DNA of 64,000 bases from a virus (IMGVR_UViG_3300033069_001247:1-64000), one strand, 5' to 3'. Positions 8,507-17,674 are shown, counted from the first letter of the stretch. The notes: generated by a model not told the origin, from the sequence alone. Numbers and translations are program-made.

Positions 8507-9730
8507 GTGGATGTCCTCGGCAGCCTTCAGCGATTGAGTGAACTGGCACCCTGGAAGCAGGTCCCAGAACTGGTACGCACACGATACAAGGAGGCGTCGG
8601 CAATCCAGCGGGACGTGACACGGCTGGTAAAAGCACTGCCCGCGATGGCGTCTGGTTACGGCCACGTCTACTGGAACCCCAAAGAGAAAAGCCTGTGGGG
8701 TGTTGTTGGTGACAGTGACGAAGTGCAGGATGTCCAGCGATTCGAGAATGCACTCAATGCTGTTCACGGGGTAGCCAATGTCCGTGTGGAGTCAGAACAC
8801 GGACCATTCGACGACCCGAACTGGATTCGGATCAAGCGATCGTCAGCGCTGTCGTGGCTCAACGAACCATATCGGGTGGCGGGCTCGTTGCTGAGTGGTC
8901 CGTCACCGTTGTCGAACTCGATCGTCTCGGGGTTACTGGGTAGCGGGGCAGGGTATACCGTTGGTACCGTGGCCGAGAATATGCTGCCTGAGCGATACGT
9001 TGAACGTGGTAAGTTACGTCGCAATCTGGCAATGTTGGGTGGTGCTGCTGGTGTGGCTGCTCACGTACCAGCCGCGATGGCAAACGCCCAGATGAACCGG
9101 AAAGCCACTGGTGACCCACACTGGCAGCGTTCGATTATGGGATCTGATGCCGATCAGCAGCTGGCCCCAAATGAGTCCGACTGGCAGAACCATTATCAGG
9201 CAGGTCATTTCAAACAATCGGTGGCTGCACGTTTGGAATTGGCGAAGAAACATTTGCCAATCCCTGCGGAGTCCACATTACGGATGATTGAAGAGTTCAC
9301 GAAGAAAGCCAGCGGGTACATGACGATGGATTCGGACGTACTGCGACCGGTACCTGTGGACGCATTCAACAATGCTATCTGGAACGACGTGCATAACGGT
9401 GTTCATTCATCACAGTCCAACCCTTACGGGACACGGAGCCCATACGGCGACAACAGCGAATCATTTCGGACACCTGCAATCAATGCGGCGGCAGCTGTTG
9501 GGTTGGTTACTGGTGTGCAGCAGATGTATGGCGGGTCGTCTGTCCTTTCGCCGAAGCACTTTGTCAAAGGACTGGCTGCCGCAGGTGTGGACGCCGCGAC
9601 CGCACATATCGCCGGGGGTGTACTCGGGGCTCTCGGCGGACTGACACCGGAAGCTCAGCAGCAGCTGCAGCAAATGGGGCTGTGGAGTGGTATGATTCGC
9701 GGCGTAACCAGTTCTGTTCTTGGGTTGTAG
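8507..9730 (+). CDS. Gly-zipper, KxA-containing hypothetical protein (putative internal virion protein)
   Basis: GTG start; SGLLGSGAGYTVG, MLGGAAGVAAH, GGVLGALGG segments; YKEAS, TKKAS motifs. Confidence 0.55.
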   Translation: MDVLGSLQRLSELAPWKQVPELVRTRYKEASAIQRDVTRLVKALPAMASGYGHVYWNPKEKSLWGVVGDSDEVQDVQRFENALNAVHGVANVRVESEHGPFDDPNWIRIKRSSALSWLNEPYRVAGSLLSGPSPLSNSIVSGLLGSGAGYTVGTVAENMLPERYVERGKLRRNLAMLGGAAGVAAHVPAAMANAQMNRKATGDPHWQRSIMGSDADQQLAPNESDWQNHYQAGHFKQSVAARLELAKKHLPIPAESTLRMIEEFTKKASGYMTMDSDVLRPVPVDAFNNAIWNDVHNGVHSSQSNPYGTRSPYGDNSESFRTPAINAAAAVGLVTGVQQMYGGSSVLSPKHFVKGLAAAGVDAATAHIAGGVLGALGGLTPEAQQQLQQMGLWSGMIRGVTSSVLGL

Positions 9731-9740
9731 CGAGGAAGCA

Positions 9741-10580
9741 ATGGCGATTGACACGGATGCAAAGACCTTGAGCTGGTTACGGCGGTTTGGCTACCTGACC
9801 AGTGACACGCCAACTCCAGCACAACTGGAAGCGGCAGTCGTCAAGATGCAAGAGATCTATGGTTTGACTACTGATGGCTGGGCCGGTCCGGTTACACGTA
9901 AAGCCATGAATATGTTTCGCTGTTCGCAGCGCGATGCAAACATTCTCATGGTAACCAATCCAAATGCGGTTACCGATGTGACGACACGATGGCAGAAAAC
10001 CGAGATCACATACGCTGTCGATCCCGGGATGATCTTGGCAGACAACAGGGCGGAGTGTCTTAGTATCATCCGTGCCGGGTTCAACTATTTCGCACCACTG
10101 ACTGGGCTGACGTTCAACGAAGAGGATGACTACGACGCTGCTGACATCAAGATTACGGCAGAGACGAAAGCGTCGGGTATGGACGGCGTCGGTAACATCC
10201 TGGCACTGTCTGGTATGCCCAACGGGATAACTGATCGTCCGTTACGGACAATCTTCGACAAGGACGAACCGTGGCAGCTGCAACCCAATGGTCCGGGAAT
10301 CATATTCCAGGCAGTCTGGATGCATGAGCTGGGGCACCTTCTCGGATTATCCCACAGCAGTAGTCCGGATGACCTGATGTCGCCGTACTACTCACCCACC
10401 ATGCTGTTTCCGCAAAAGCACGACAAACAAAGACTTGCTCTGCTTTACGGGATCCCGTATGTCGAGGGGTCTGACAACGTACAGCTACCTGTAGGGGCCT
10501 ACTCCACCAGTGGTATATTTGTGGTTCGCCACGATGGCGGAATTGCCATAAATCTGCGGGAGATTGTGCCCACAACCTGA
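9741..10580 (+). CDS. Matrixin-like (M10) zinc metalloprotease with PG-binding-like prodomain
   Basis: WLRRFGYL...MQEIYGLTTDG...AMNMFRCSQRD prodomain; RWQKTEITY; HELGHLLGLSH (HExxHxxGxxH at 10323); Met-turn LMSPYY. Confidence 0.9.
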   Translation: MAIDTDAKTLSWLRRFGYLTSDTPTPAQLEAAVVKMQEIYGLTTDGWAGPVTRKAMNMFRCSQRDANILMVTNPNAVTDVTTRWQKTEITYAVDPGMILADNRAECLSIIRAGFNYFAPLTGLTFNEEDDYDAADIKITAETKASGMDGVGNILALSGMPNGITDRPLRTIFDKDEPWQLQPNGPGIIFQAVWMHELGHLLGLSHSSSPDDLMSPYYSPTMLFPQKHDKQRLALLYGIPYVEGSDNVQLPVGAYSTSGIFVVRHDGGIAINLREIVPTT

Positions 10581-10636
10581 TGTCGATAGCATAGGTCGGG
10601 CTTCAGCAGTGTTGCGATTACAAGGATGAACGCATC

Positions 10637-11032
10637 ATGGTTGATAAAGACCGCCCAATTGCAAAATTTATTGTGTCGCACGTACGCGTCAAATCCCCAA
10701 AGAAAAAGGTGGATTTTCGCGATCAAGTGGTGGCCTGGGGTACCAGTGCGATCGCAACGTTGGTGGCTTTTTCCTCTTCGCTCATCAAACTGATCAGCAG
10801 TATGCTGGATGCAATTGCTGATTACTTGTTACCGTACCTGCAACAGGTTCCGCGACAAGATCGACCGGCGTGGTTGGCAGTCGCAGCTTTTATCGGTATG
10901 GGGTTGATTGTACTGAACAAGCGACGGCTCTCTGGGCCGTACAACTTGCCTCCAGCTCAGCCGCCTGCCGGTACTCCCGTTCAACCGCCGCCACCAGCGG
11001 GTACGGCGGACACTTCGAAATCAGCATTTTGA
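10637..11032 (+). CDS. Two-TM membrane protein (holin-like candidate)
   Basis: Basic N-terminus, two hydrophobic stretches (WGTSAIATLVAFSSSLI; AWLAVAAFIGMGLIVLN), Pro-rich tail. Confidence 0.45.
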   Translation: MVDKDRPIAKFIVSHVRVKSPKKKVDFRDQVVAWGTSAIATLVAFSSSLIKLISSMLDAIADYLLPYLQQVPRQDRPAWLAVAAFIGMGLIVLNKRRLSGPYNLPPAQPPAGTPVQPPPPAGTADTSKSAF

Positions 11033-11042
11033 AAGGTGTGTC

Positions 11043-11531
11043 ATGTCTTTTCCAATGATTTTGGCCGCAGACGATCAGATGAGTGCTTTCCTGGGTTCTG
11101 GGTTCTTCAAAAGTCTGCTCACCGGGGCACTGGTGATCATCGCCATCATGTGGCTGGTTGCACCAACCGTCGCAATGATGCTCAAGAACAAGTTCACCAC
11201 ATTCATCTCCGCCCAGCTCAAGTCACTCCTTGGTCTCGAGGCGAACGCAGCAGTACCGAGCATCGGGGCGCTGCTGGCTCCGAAAGTCGACCCGGCTACG
11301 CCAGTCACCGTGCAGATTACACCGGATATCAACAAGGTCGTTACGGAACGGGCTGCAGAACTCAAGACCGCTTGCCCGATGGCTCCGTCGGATCTACTGT
11401 TGAAGTGGTTGTCACAGGGTTACGACTCCAGCAAGGCCCAGGCCGACTACATCAGTGTGCTGGAAGCGAAGATCAGCAGCGGCACCGGGACTGTGCCAAG
11501 TGCGACTACGTCGTCCTCTCCAACGGCGTAG
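11043..11531 (+). CDS. Single-pass membrane protein
   Basis: LLTGALVIIAIMWLVAPTVAMML TM segment; helical C-terminal domain. Confidence 0.6.
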   Translation: MSFPMILAADDQMSAFLGSGFFKSLLTGALVIIAIMWLVAPTVAMMLKNKFTTFISAQLKSLLGLEANAAVPSIGALLAPKVDPATPVTVQITPDINKVVTERAAELKTACPMAPSDLLLKWLSQGYDSSKAQADYISVLEAKISSGTGTVPSATTSSSPTA

Positions 11532-11571
11532 TCGTGCCAACAGCTTCGTGGTTTTGATGAGGGTGTAGATC

Positions 11572-11985
11572 GTGAACAATAAACTCGTTGCCGTTCTGTT
11601 TTTGGCTGCCGCCTACTGGATCAACACGTCCGGAAGTGGCGGCGGCATTTTACCGATCGGCGACGATTCACCAGTCCCCGGGACTGGTTTCCACGTTCTC
11701 ATCGTAGAGGATCGTCCGAACCGGCAGAAACTGCCACCAGAGAAGTTTGACGCCATCATGTCGATCGAGATCGACGACATCATCAAGAAGGCCGGTGGTC
11801 GGAAGTATCTTTACGACCAGAGTCAGGACGTTAGCAACAAAAAAGACCCCTGGATTACGGCGGCCATGAAGGTACCCCGTAAATCACTGCCGTGGGCAGT
11901 CATTGACAATGACGGGCGGGGTACGTCAGCAGCCGTAGAAGGAAAAGCAGAGTTTCAAAAACTTGTGCAGGAGTACGCAAAATAA
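11572..11985 (+). CDS. N-terminally anchored/exported hypothetical protein
   Basis: GTG start; MNNKLVAVLFLAAAYWINTSG leader; VLIVED...SLPWAV core. Confidence 0.6.
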   Translation: MNNKLVAVLFLAAAYWINTSGSGGGILPIGDDSPVPGTGFHVLIVEDRPNRQKLPPEKFDAIMSIEIDDIIKKAGGRKYLYDQSQDVSNKKDPWITAAMKVPRKSLPWAVIDNDGRGTSAAVEGKAEFQKLVQEYAK

Positions 11986-11995
11986 AGCGTACGAA

Positions 11996-12005
11996 ACAGG
12001 GAGGT
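11996..12005 (+). promoter_or_regulatory. RBS with ACAGGGAGGT (CsrA/Rsm consensus match)
   Basis: Exact A-C-A-N-G-G-A-N-G-T match 5 nt before ATG 12010. Confidence 0.45.
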
Positions 12006-12009
12006 TGAG

Positions 12010-12852
12010 ATGCCGTCGAACATTGGAAGTATGCCCGTCATTGATGACAACAACAGCCAGCAGTTCATCAATCCGATAATTGACGGGCATCAGCGGATGT
12101 GTTCGCTGATGCCTCGTGACATGATCAAGTACCCGCAAGGGGGCTGTGGATTCGCGGCCCTACGTCCGTTTAACACCTACACCAAGGCAGAACTGCTACA
12201 ACGCATCCGTGAAAAGGAAGCGGCCAAGTCGGGGCTCAAACACATCCTCGACGCTAAGGGTGTGCCTGTGAAAGATCAGGACGGTATCCCGTACTGCTGG
12301 ATCTACTCCACAGTCCACACTGTCGAGATCGCCTACGTCGTACAGGGTGACAACGAGGTTTACATTCCGTTGTCGGCGACGGCGGCTGGTACGATTATCA
12401 CCGGCGGGGTCAGCCGCGGCGGGTACGGCGCTGAGGCAATTGACTTCCTGTCCAAACACGGTGTCTGTCGAGAGATCGATTGGCCGGAACACCAGATCAA
12501 TCTGCGTCGGCGTACGCCACAAATTGACGCGATGGCGAAGAACAGCATCATCACCGACTGGGGTGAACTCCCCAGCGGTGACTTGAATCAGTTGGCAGCT
12601 GCCGTGCTGAACAACTTTCCTGTCACGATTGGTCTGCCGTGGTGGGGGCATCAGGTCACAATCATCGACCTGGTTATTCTGCCTGGCGACGTGATCGGAT
12701 TTGTGTTCAACAACAGCTGGGGGATGTCGTGGGGTGATCGTGGTCGTGGTATTCTGACCCCGAACAAGGCTCACGGCGATATGTTCTACCCGATTTCGGT
12801 ACGTCCTCGCTCCGAAGACGTACGCACACTTGGTCCTCTGATTGCGGCGTAA
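12010..12852 (+). CDS. Papain-like (C1A-type) cysteine protease
   Basis: KDQDGIPYCW (oxyanion Gln, catalytic Cys), WGHQVTII (His), FNNSWGMSWGDRG (Asn, NSWG). Confidence 0.88.
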   Translation: MPSNIGSMPVIDDNNSQQFINPIIDGHQRMCSLMPRDMIKYPQGGCGFAALRPFNTYTKAELLQRIREKEAAKSGLKHILDAKGVPVKDQDGIPYCWIYSTVHTVEIAYVVQGDNEVYIPLSATAAGTIITGGVSRGGYGAEAIDFLSKHGVCREIDWPEHQINLRRRTPQIDAMAKNSIITDWGELPSGDLNQLAAAVLNNFPVTIGLPWWGHQVTIIDLVILPGDVIGFVFNNSWGMSWGDRGRGILTPNKAHGDMFYPISVRPRSEDVRTLGPLIAA

Positions 12853-12878
12853 CGCAACAGCTTTGAAGGCATGAAATC

Positions 12879-13874
12879 ATGAAGACGAATCCCATGACGG
12901 TTATCATCGTCTGCCTGGCAATTGTCTGGTGGGTGAACAGTAGCGGGAACACGATGCCCATCGTGGCCCAGGCTGCAGAGTCTGCAGCACCAGCAGTCGA
13001 ATCGGAATCGACGGTTGATTATGGTGACGTACCGGCGACAGGGGCTGTGGGTGCTACGCCTGTGATCGACGGTGTAGGTGACCTGGCTAAAGCCCAGCCT
13101 GACGCGTTCGGCGATGTACCAGCTCCGCCAGAAGCCGGTTCCGCGTTTGCCAACATCCCGCCGGGTGTCGCGTCGACACCACCGGCGTCAGACTGGGTCA
13201 ATAACGTCGTGCCCGTCTTGAGTAACAACTCAGGAACGTGTGCAGTAGCAGTTGGTCCCGAGACGCTGCTGGGTGTCTACCACGGGGTCAAGTACAACCG
13301 GGCACGTGTAACGCTCAACGGGGCGGAGGTGATTACGGCTGTGCAGCATCCACCCGGTGTCAATGATTACGACCATGATGCGGCATTGCTGAAGATCCCC
13401 AACGGAAAACTGTCGTTTATGCCGACACGGGCACCGATGTACTACGAGCCTGTTACCGTTTACGGATTGGCCACCAAAACAAAGATGCGTGGCTTCGTGT
13501 CCGCTTATCGCTACGTCAGCTTGCTTCCCGAAACGCCGGGCGTGCGTAGCGGTGATTCTGGCGGAGCCGTAGTGGCCGACGATGGTTGTCTGGTCGGGGT
13601 TATCAGCGGTCTCGTCAAGGGCTTTGACGGGCTACCAGATAACCCCAGGATTGTGTCGTTCACCCGCGCCGATTACGTGATGCCCTATCTTCCACGTAGC
13701 GGAATGTCAGCAGCTAACCAGTCAATTCCTAACCCGGTGGGACCTGTGGACGGGCCAGCGTTCCCAGACACCCAACCAGCGGTAAATAAGAACCAGTCAG
13801 CCAACGTTCCTTCATACAGTTACCAGTGGCAATGGCAGGGGTATGGCTCTCCTCGCCGCCGCATGTTCCGGTAA
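12879..13874 (+). CDS. Trypsin-like serine protease with N-terminal membrane anchor
   Basis: TM VIIVCLAIVWWV; acidic Pro/Ala linker; triad YHGV, DAALL, GDSGG; LVGVISG. Confidence 0.85.
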   Translation: MKTNPMTVIIVCLAIVWWVNSSGNTMPIVAQAAESAAPAVESESTVDYGDVPATGAVGATPVIDGVGDLAKAQPDAFGDVPAPPEAGSAFANIPPGVASTPPASDWVNNVVPVLSNNSGTCAVAVGPETLLGVYHGVKYNRARVTLNGAEVITAVQHPPGVNDYDHDAALLKIPNGKLSFMPTRAPMYYEPVTVYGLATKTKMRGFVSAYRYVSLLPETPGVRSGDSGGAVVADDGCLVGVISGLVKGFDGLPDNPRIVSFTRADYVMPYLPRSGMSAANQSIPNPVGPVDGPAFPDTQPAVNKNQSANVPSYSYQWQWQGYGSPRRRMFR

Positions 13875-13909
13875 CTGTCTCTTTTCCGTCGCCTGTTCGA
13901 GGATAAATC

Positions 13910-14206
13910 ATGGACTCCAGTGGAGCAACAAAAGTGGGTGATGTCGATACTGCACGTATCGGCGTAGTGGCGATTGTGGCGATCGTCGTCGCAATTGTGG
14001 TGACGTGGAAGGTGGCGATCTATTACACCGACAACGAACGTACACGTACGCTGTACGCTTCTGCCCTCACACGAATCACTGACCTGGAAAAGGAAGTCGC
14101 TCGCTGTTCGGGCGGTCCTGTTCCTGGTTGGCGACCAGGTACACCGATCGGGCGACCTGCAGGTGCAGCACCCGAACCGACACCCGTCGGTAGCGAACCC
14201 AAGTAA
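13910..14206 (+). CDS. TM + coiled-coil protein (i-spanin-like candidate)
   Basis: IGVVAIVAIVVAIVVTWKVAIYY then LTRITDLEKEVARC; Pro-rich tail. Confidence 0.45.
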   Translation: MDSSGATKVGDVDTARIGVVAIVAIVVAIVVTWKVAIYYTDNERTRTLYASALTRITDLEKEVARCSGGPVPGWRPGTPIGRPAGAAPEPTPVGSEPK

Positions 14207-14223
14207 ACCCAGGACGTACTGCC

Positions 14224-14490
14224 ATGGACAGCTCACAGAAGCAACCGTTCGACATCATGCGGGTCATTATCATCGGACTGTTGCTGTACGTGGGTAACGC
14301 CCTGACCAGTTATGCCCCGATGGTCCCCAAGGCTGTCACATTCATGGATGATGTCCATGCACTGCGGCAGAAGTCTGCAGACTGGGAGCAGACAGCAGCC
14401 AGTATCCAGAAGTCACTATCCGTCATCGAAAAGCTGGCATCCTACTTCGAGCGGGAGGCTAGGCGGGAGGGTAAGACATGGCCGAAGTAG
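14224..14490 (+). CDS. TM + coiled-coil small protein
   Basis: IMRVIIIGLLLYVGNAL TM; WEQTAASIQKSLSVIEKL heptads. Confidence 0.55.
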   Translation: MDSSQKQPFDIMRVIIIGLLLYVGNALTSYAPMVPKAVTFMDDVHALRQKSADWEQTAASIQKSLSVIEKLASYFEREARREGKTWPK

Positions 14491-14714
14491 CAGAAGAGCC
14501 GGATGTACGGGCCTGGGCAGATCAATACATCGCGAACTATCGAGCCCGCATGAATGCAGAGCGTGCTCGCGGTGTCCGTCCCGCAAGGCCGAATCGTGAT
14601 GAAGTGAAGCGAGCGGTGGCTGCCAGATTTCTGAATGGTGACGGGCGTGGCGGATCTGTTCTGACATGGATCCGCATCCTGTACTGGGTGATGATCATTA
14701 TGGCTGCCCTTTAA
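14478..14714 (+). CDS. Small protein with C-terminal TM
   Basis: VLTWIRILYWVMIIMAAL at the C-terminus; last gene before a terminator. Confidence 0.55.
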   Translation: MAEVAEEPDVRAWADQYIANYRARMNAERARGVRPARPNRDEVKRAVAARFLNGDGRGGSVLTWIRILYWVMIIMAAL

Positions 14715-14716
14715 TC

Positions 14717-14745
14717 AAAAGCCCTGTCCTATCGACAGGGCTTTT
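14717..14745 (+). terminator. Intrinsic terminator (possibly bidirectional)
   Basis: AAAAGCCCTGTC-CTATC-GACAGGGCTTTT perfect inverted repeat with T-tract. Confidence 0.85.
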
Positions 14746-14816
14746 GCATTGAGGTATGACTATATGCAACGATCGCAGTAGCTGCGGTCAACGAATGTCC
14801 CGCAGGAGCATGACAG

Positions 14817-15374
14817 ATGAAACCCGCCTGGTCCCTCAGTGCAAAAACCGGCAAGGTGTACCGCTACAATCAGCTGGTACTTTTCGCCATCAATGGATTG
14901 ATTTGTATCATTGATGAACGACCGGGTATCAAAGAAGGCGAACACACGATGTTGACATGCAAGGACCTGGAAGAACGGGTCAGGGCCATGAACATCGCTT
15001 ACCGGGGCCAGACCCGTGTGGATCAGCCGAGACGAAACCAGGAATTGTACGACATCCGGTTGCGGGGCAGTCAGGACTGCATGGAATGCATCAAGGAAGC
15101 CAAGGCCCAGGGAGACCCTAACGAACCAAAGGTTCAGGCGTATTGGCGTCGGCACAAATCCAATTTCCGTACGATCGTATCATTCAGCAAAGCAGCTGAT
15201 CCGGAGAATTATCCGGAGCTGCCGCCGCTGGACCTGGGGTCGATTACTGGACGCACCAGCGATGTGGATGCTAATCTGATGACCGCGGCAAGGGATCCGT
15301 TCGACACGGTTCCGCTGCTGTACAAGCCCCCGACGAGAAAGAATCGTTCGGGAATCGTGCTGCTCAACGATTAG
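14817..15374 (+). CDS. Hypothetical protein
   Basis: 185 aa ORF filling the gap between the terminator and the next gene; no motif recognised. Confidence 0.55.
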   Translation: MKPAWSLSAKTGKVYRYNQLVLFAINGLICIIDERPGIKEGEHTMLTCKDLEERVRAMNIAYRGQTRVDQPRRNQELYDIRLRGSQDCMECIKEAKAQGDPNEPKVQAYWRRHKSNFRTIVSFSKAADPENYPELPPLDLGSITGRTSDVDANLMTAARDPFDTVPLLYKPPTRKNRSGIVLLND

Positions 15375-15394
15375 TCAGCCGTAGGAGGGAATGG

Positions 15395-15814
15395 ATGTCC
15401 CAGCTCACTCGCAACGAATGTTTTCGCCTCGGCTTCTTGCTGCGTTGTGCGGAAGAGGGTTGCGACATGGATGAAGTCGCTGAACGGGTCAAGCTGGCCC
15501 ACGATCGCACCAAAATCGCAGCAGGCGGTGTGATGGATCGTGTAGCGGGGATTGTCAGTCCGCTGTGGAATACCGCCAAGACAGTGGGATATATCCCGCT
15601 GCAGTTGTCAGCATTGGGTATCGCCGGGTCAGCACTGACAGGTATGGCTGGCGGCTACGGGCTGGCAAAAATGCAAAACGAACAACTTGACCCCGAGGAA
15701 GCGAAGCAGCAGGAATTGATTAGCATCTATCGCCTGCAAGCAGACCTGGCCCGCCGTAAGGCACAGCAGCACTCGTATCGAACTGCAGTTCCCACACTAC
15801 CACGTCTCATGTAG
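15395..15814 (+). CDS. KxA/Gly-zipper protein with GFLxxCA N-terminal module
   Basis: FRLGFLLRCAEEG, TKIAAGG, ALGIAGSALTGMAGGYGLA. Confidence 0.6.
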   Translation: MSQLTRNECFRLGFLLRCAEEGCDMDEVAERVKLAHDRTKIAAGGVMDRVAGIVSPLWNTAKTVGYIPLQLSALGIAGSALTGMAGGYGLAKMQNEQLDPEEAKQQELISIYRLQADLARRKAQQHSYRTAVPTLPRLM

Positions 15815-15823
15815 GAGATCTCG

Positions 15824-16033
15824 ATGTCTTTCGCCGCTACGAATCGTGTTAAGGTGACCAATCAGTCGTCACAGTTCCGTAACAAGCTCGGCACCGTGCT
15901 GACCGCTGCTGCAGATACACCGTCGAACCTGAACGCTGTTCGGCTCGATGGGTACCCTGCCAATCACTCGGTGCAGCTGGCCGATGGTGATTTGCACCTG
16001 ACCGGCTTTGCTTCACCTGTCACCTATGGCTGA
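15824..16033 (+). CDS. Small SH3/KOW-like beta protein (paralog A)
   Basis: RVKVTNQSSQFRNKLGTV...VRLDGYP; similar to the next ORF. Confidence 0.6.
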   Translation: MSFAATNRVKVTNQSSQFRNKLGTVLTAAADTPSNLNAVRLDGYPANHSVQLADGDLHLTGFASPVTYG

Positions 16034-16088
16034 TCGCTGCCGTCGTTCTTCCGTTTCCGCCGCTCATTACACCCAGGGAGGGTTTGTC

Positions 16089-16301
16089 GTGGCAACTTAC
16101 AACGCAGACACTGCGGTCCGCGTGGCCGATCAGAGTTCCCAGTTTCGTGGCGGTCGCGGTGTCGTCAAGACCCGTGACGGGGACAAGCACTATGTTCGTC
16201 TGGAGGGGCACCCAAACAACAGCGTACAGCTGTTCCTGGGTACGCAACTGCAGACTGACGGACGCCCCGCCCGCGTGGATTACTCGCAAGCAGAGGCATA
16301 G
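16089..16301 (+). CDS. Small SH3/KOW-like beta protein (paralog B)
   Basis: GTG 16089 after CAGGGAGG; VRVADQSSQFRGGRGVV...VRLEGHP. Confidence 0.6.
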   Translation: MATYNADTAVRVADQSSQFRGGRGVVKTRDGDKHYVRLEGHPNNSVQLFLGTQLQTDGRPARVDYSQAEA

Positions 16302-16308
16302 GTGAAGC

Positions 16309-16680
16309 ATGCGGGTCGGCAGTCTGCAGAAGTATTATGCTGACCATGGTGGCCCCCAGCACGGGGGCCATCTGTCATGGCCAGGAACGCAAGAAGGCTT
16401 CCCGGTTCGCGGCGAGCCTGCTCATCTCCGCCAGTCAGAATATCAAGGCCTGACACACGTACTGGATTACAAGTCCGGTGCGTTTCGCATGTGGGTGCCG
16501 GAAGAGAAGGCCGCTTTTGATGATGTCATGGATCACATCGTCAATGGGTGGTACGCACAGCATAAACGCATAGACCACTTCAGTCTCGAATACGGGGCGC
16601 CATTGATCTGGCTGGAATGGCTGCAGATCTACGGCGAGATCCCCAACAGCAAAGCACCAGGAGCGCCCAATGTCGTCTAG
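16309..16680 (+). CDS. Hypothetical protein
   Basis: 123 aa, aromatic-rich, tightly packed with its neighbours. Confidence 0.6.
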   Translation: MRVGSLQKYYADHGGPQHGGHLSWPGTQEGFPVRGEPAHLRQSEYQGLTHVLDYKSGAFRMWVPEEKAAFDDVMDHIVNGWYAQHKRIDHFSLEYGAPLIWLEWLQIYGEIPNSKAPGAPNVV

Positions 16681-17674
16681 TCCGGTGTACAACGATCCGA
16701 CTTCTCAGGCAATGGCTAAAGAAGTTGCCGTCCGAAACGTGATGAAGATGCTGGGGGTTGGAGCCGCGGCAGGTGTTGGTATCCGCGGTGTCATGGGGCT
16801 GGGTGCGATGATGAGCAACCAAGATCTGCCTGTGATGCCCAGTAATAACCTGCCGCATACTTTGCGAATCCAGCGCAGGCCACAAGAGCGACAAAGCAAC
16901 GGTTTGCCTGCCATGCCGAAGTTCGCAATGGCCTTGCCGCCTATGTTGCAGTCCGGGATAGATATGGCCCGGACCGGACTCAACAACGTCAGCAACAGTG
17001 TGCAGACGGCAGCGGGTAAGGCAGGTGATTTTCTGGGTAAACTCCCGGAGAAGATCGTCAAGACTGTTGCCCCGCATACACCGGATACGCATACACGGAA
17101 CCCTTCGCTGGATGAATGGAGCATGCCTGCAGGGGCACTGGCGCTTGGCGGCGGTGGTTACGCCGGATACAAAGCATTGGATTGGCTGCTCGGTAAAGAG
17201 CGAAGCAGCACAGGGGCTCGCGAACTGCAGGATGCCGAGGACGAGTACCATCAAGCACTGGCCGCACAGTATCAGGCCGCCATGATGGGAAAGCAGGCTG
17301 GGGATGATCTCGGGCTGACCGCGTTGGCTGACCAGTACATCAATGACCCTGATAGTCTGAAACCGGTTGATACCGGTATGCAGAAGGAGGCGTTCCTGCC
17401 ATCCATCCTGGGCAAAATTTTCCCGCAGTTGGATTCGGCTTATGCCAATATGCCGTTTGTTGGTCATGATCGCTGGCAGGCATTCAAGGGGGCGGTTAAC
17501 ACCGCGTCAACGGCAGCTCTGTTGGGCGCCGGAAAAGTAACGTATGATTGGGCCAAGGGGCAGAACCGACAGGAGCTGCTACGTAAAGCACTGGCTCAAC
17601 GGCAAATGGCCCGCCAACGGCTTTCACCGCCACCACTCGTAGCGATCAACGAGGACGACCAGGATGGAACCTGA
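16670..17674 (+). CDS. KxA/Gly-zipper protein immediately upstream of RNAP
   Basis: MLGVGAAAGVGIRGVMGLG, ALALGGGGYAGY; PKFAM, GKQAG, QKEAF motifs; overlaps the RNAP start. Confidence 0.6.
   Translation: MSSSPVYNDPTSQAMAKEVAVRNVMKMLGVGAAAGVGIRGVMGLGAMMSNQDLPVMPSNNLPHTLRIQRRPQERQSNGLPAMPKFAMALPPMLQSGIDMARTGLNNVSNSVQTAAGKAGDFLGKLPEKIVKTVAPHTPDTHTRNPSLDEWSMPAGALALGGGGYAGYKALDWLLGKERSSTGARELQDAEDEYHQALAAQYQAAMMGKQAGDDLGLTALADQYINDPDSLKPVDTGMQKEAFLPSILGKIFPQLDSAYANMPFVGHDRWQAFKGAVNTASTAALLGAGKVTYDWAKGQNRQELLRKALAQRQMARQRLSPPPLVAINEDDQDGT

Noticed and set aside
12707-12961. Minus-strand lipoprotein-like ORF (o-spanin candidate)
   Set aside because: Antisense to two well-supported protease genes, with no RBS; likely a shadow ORF.
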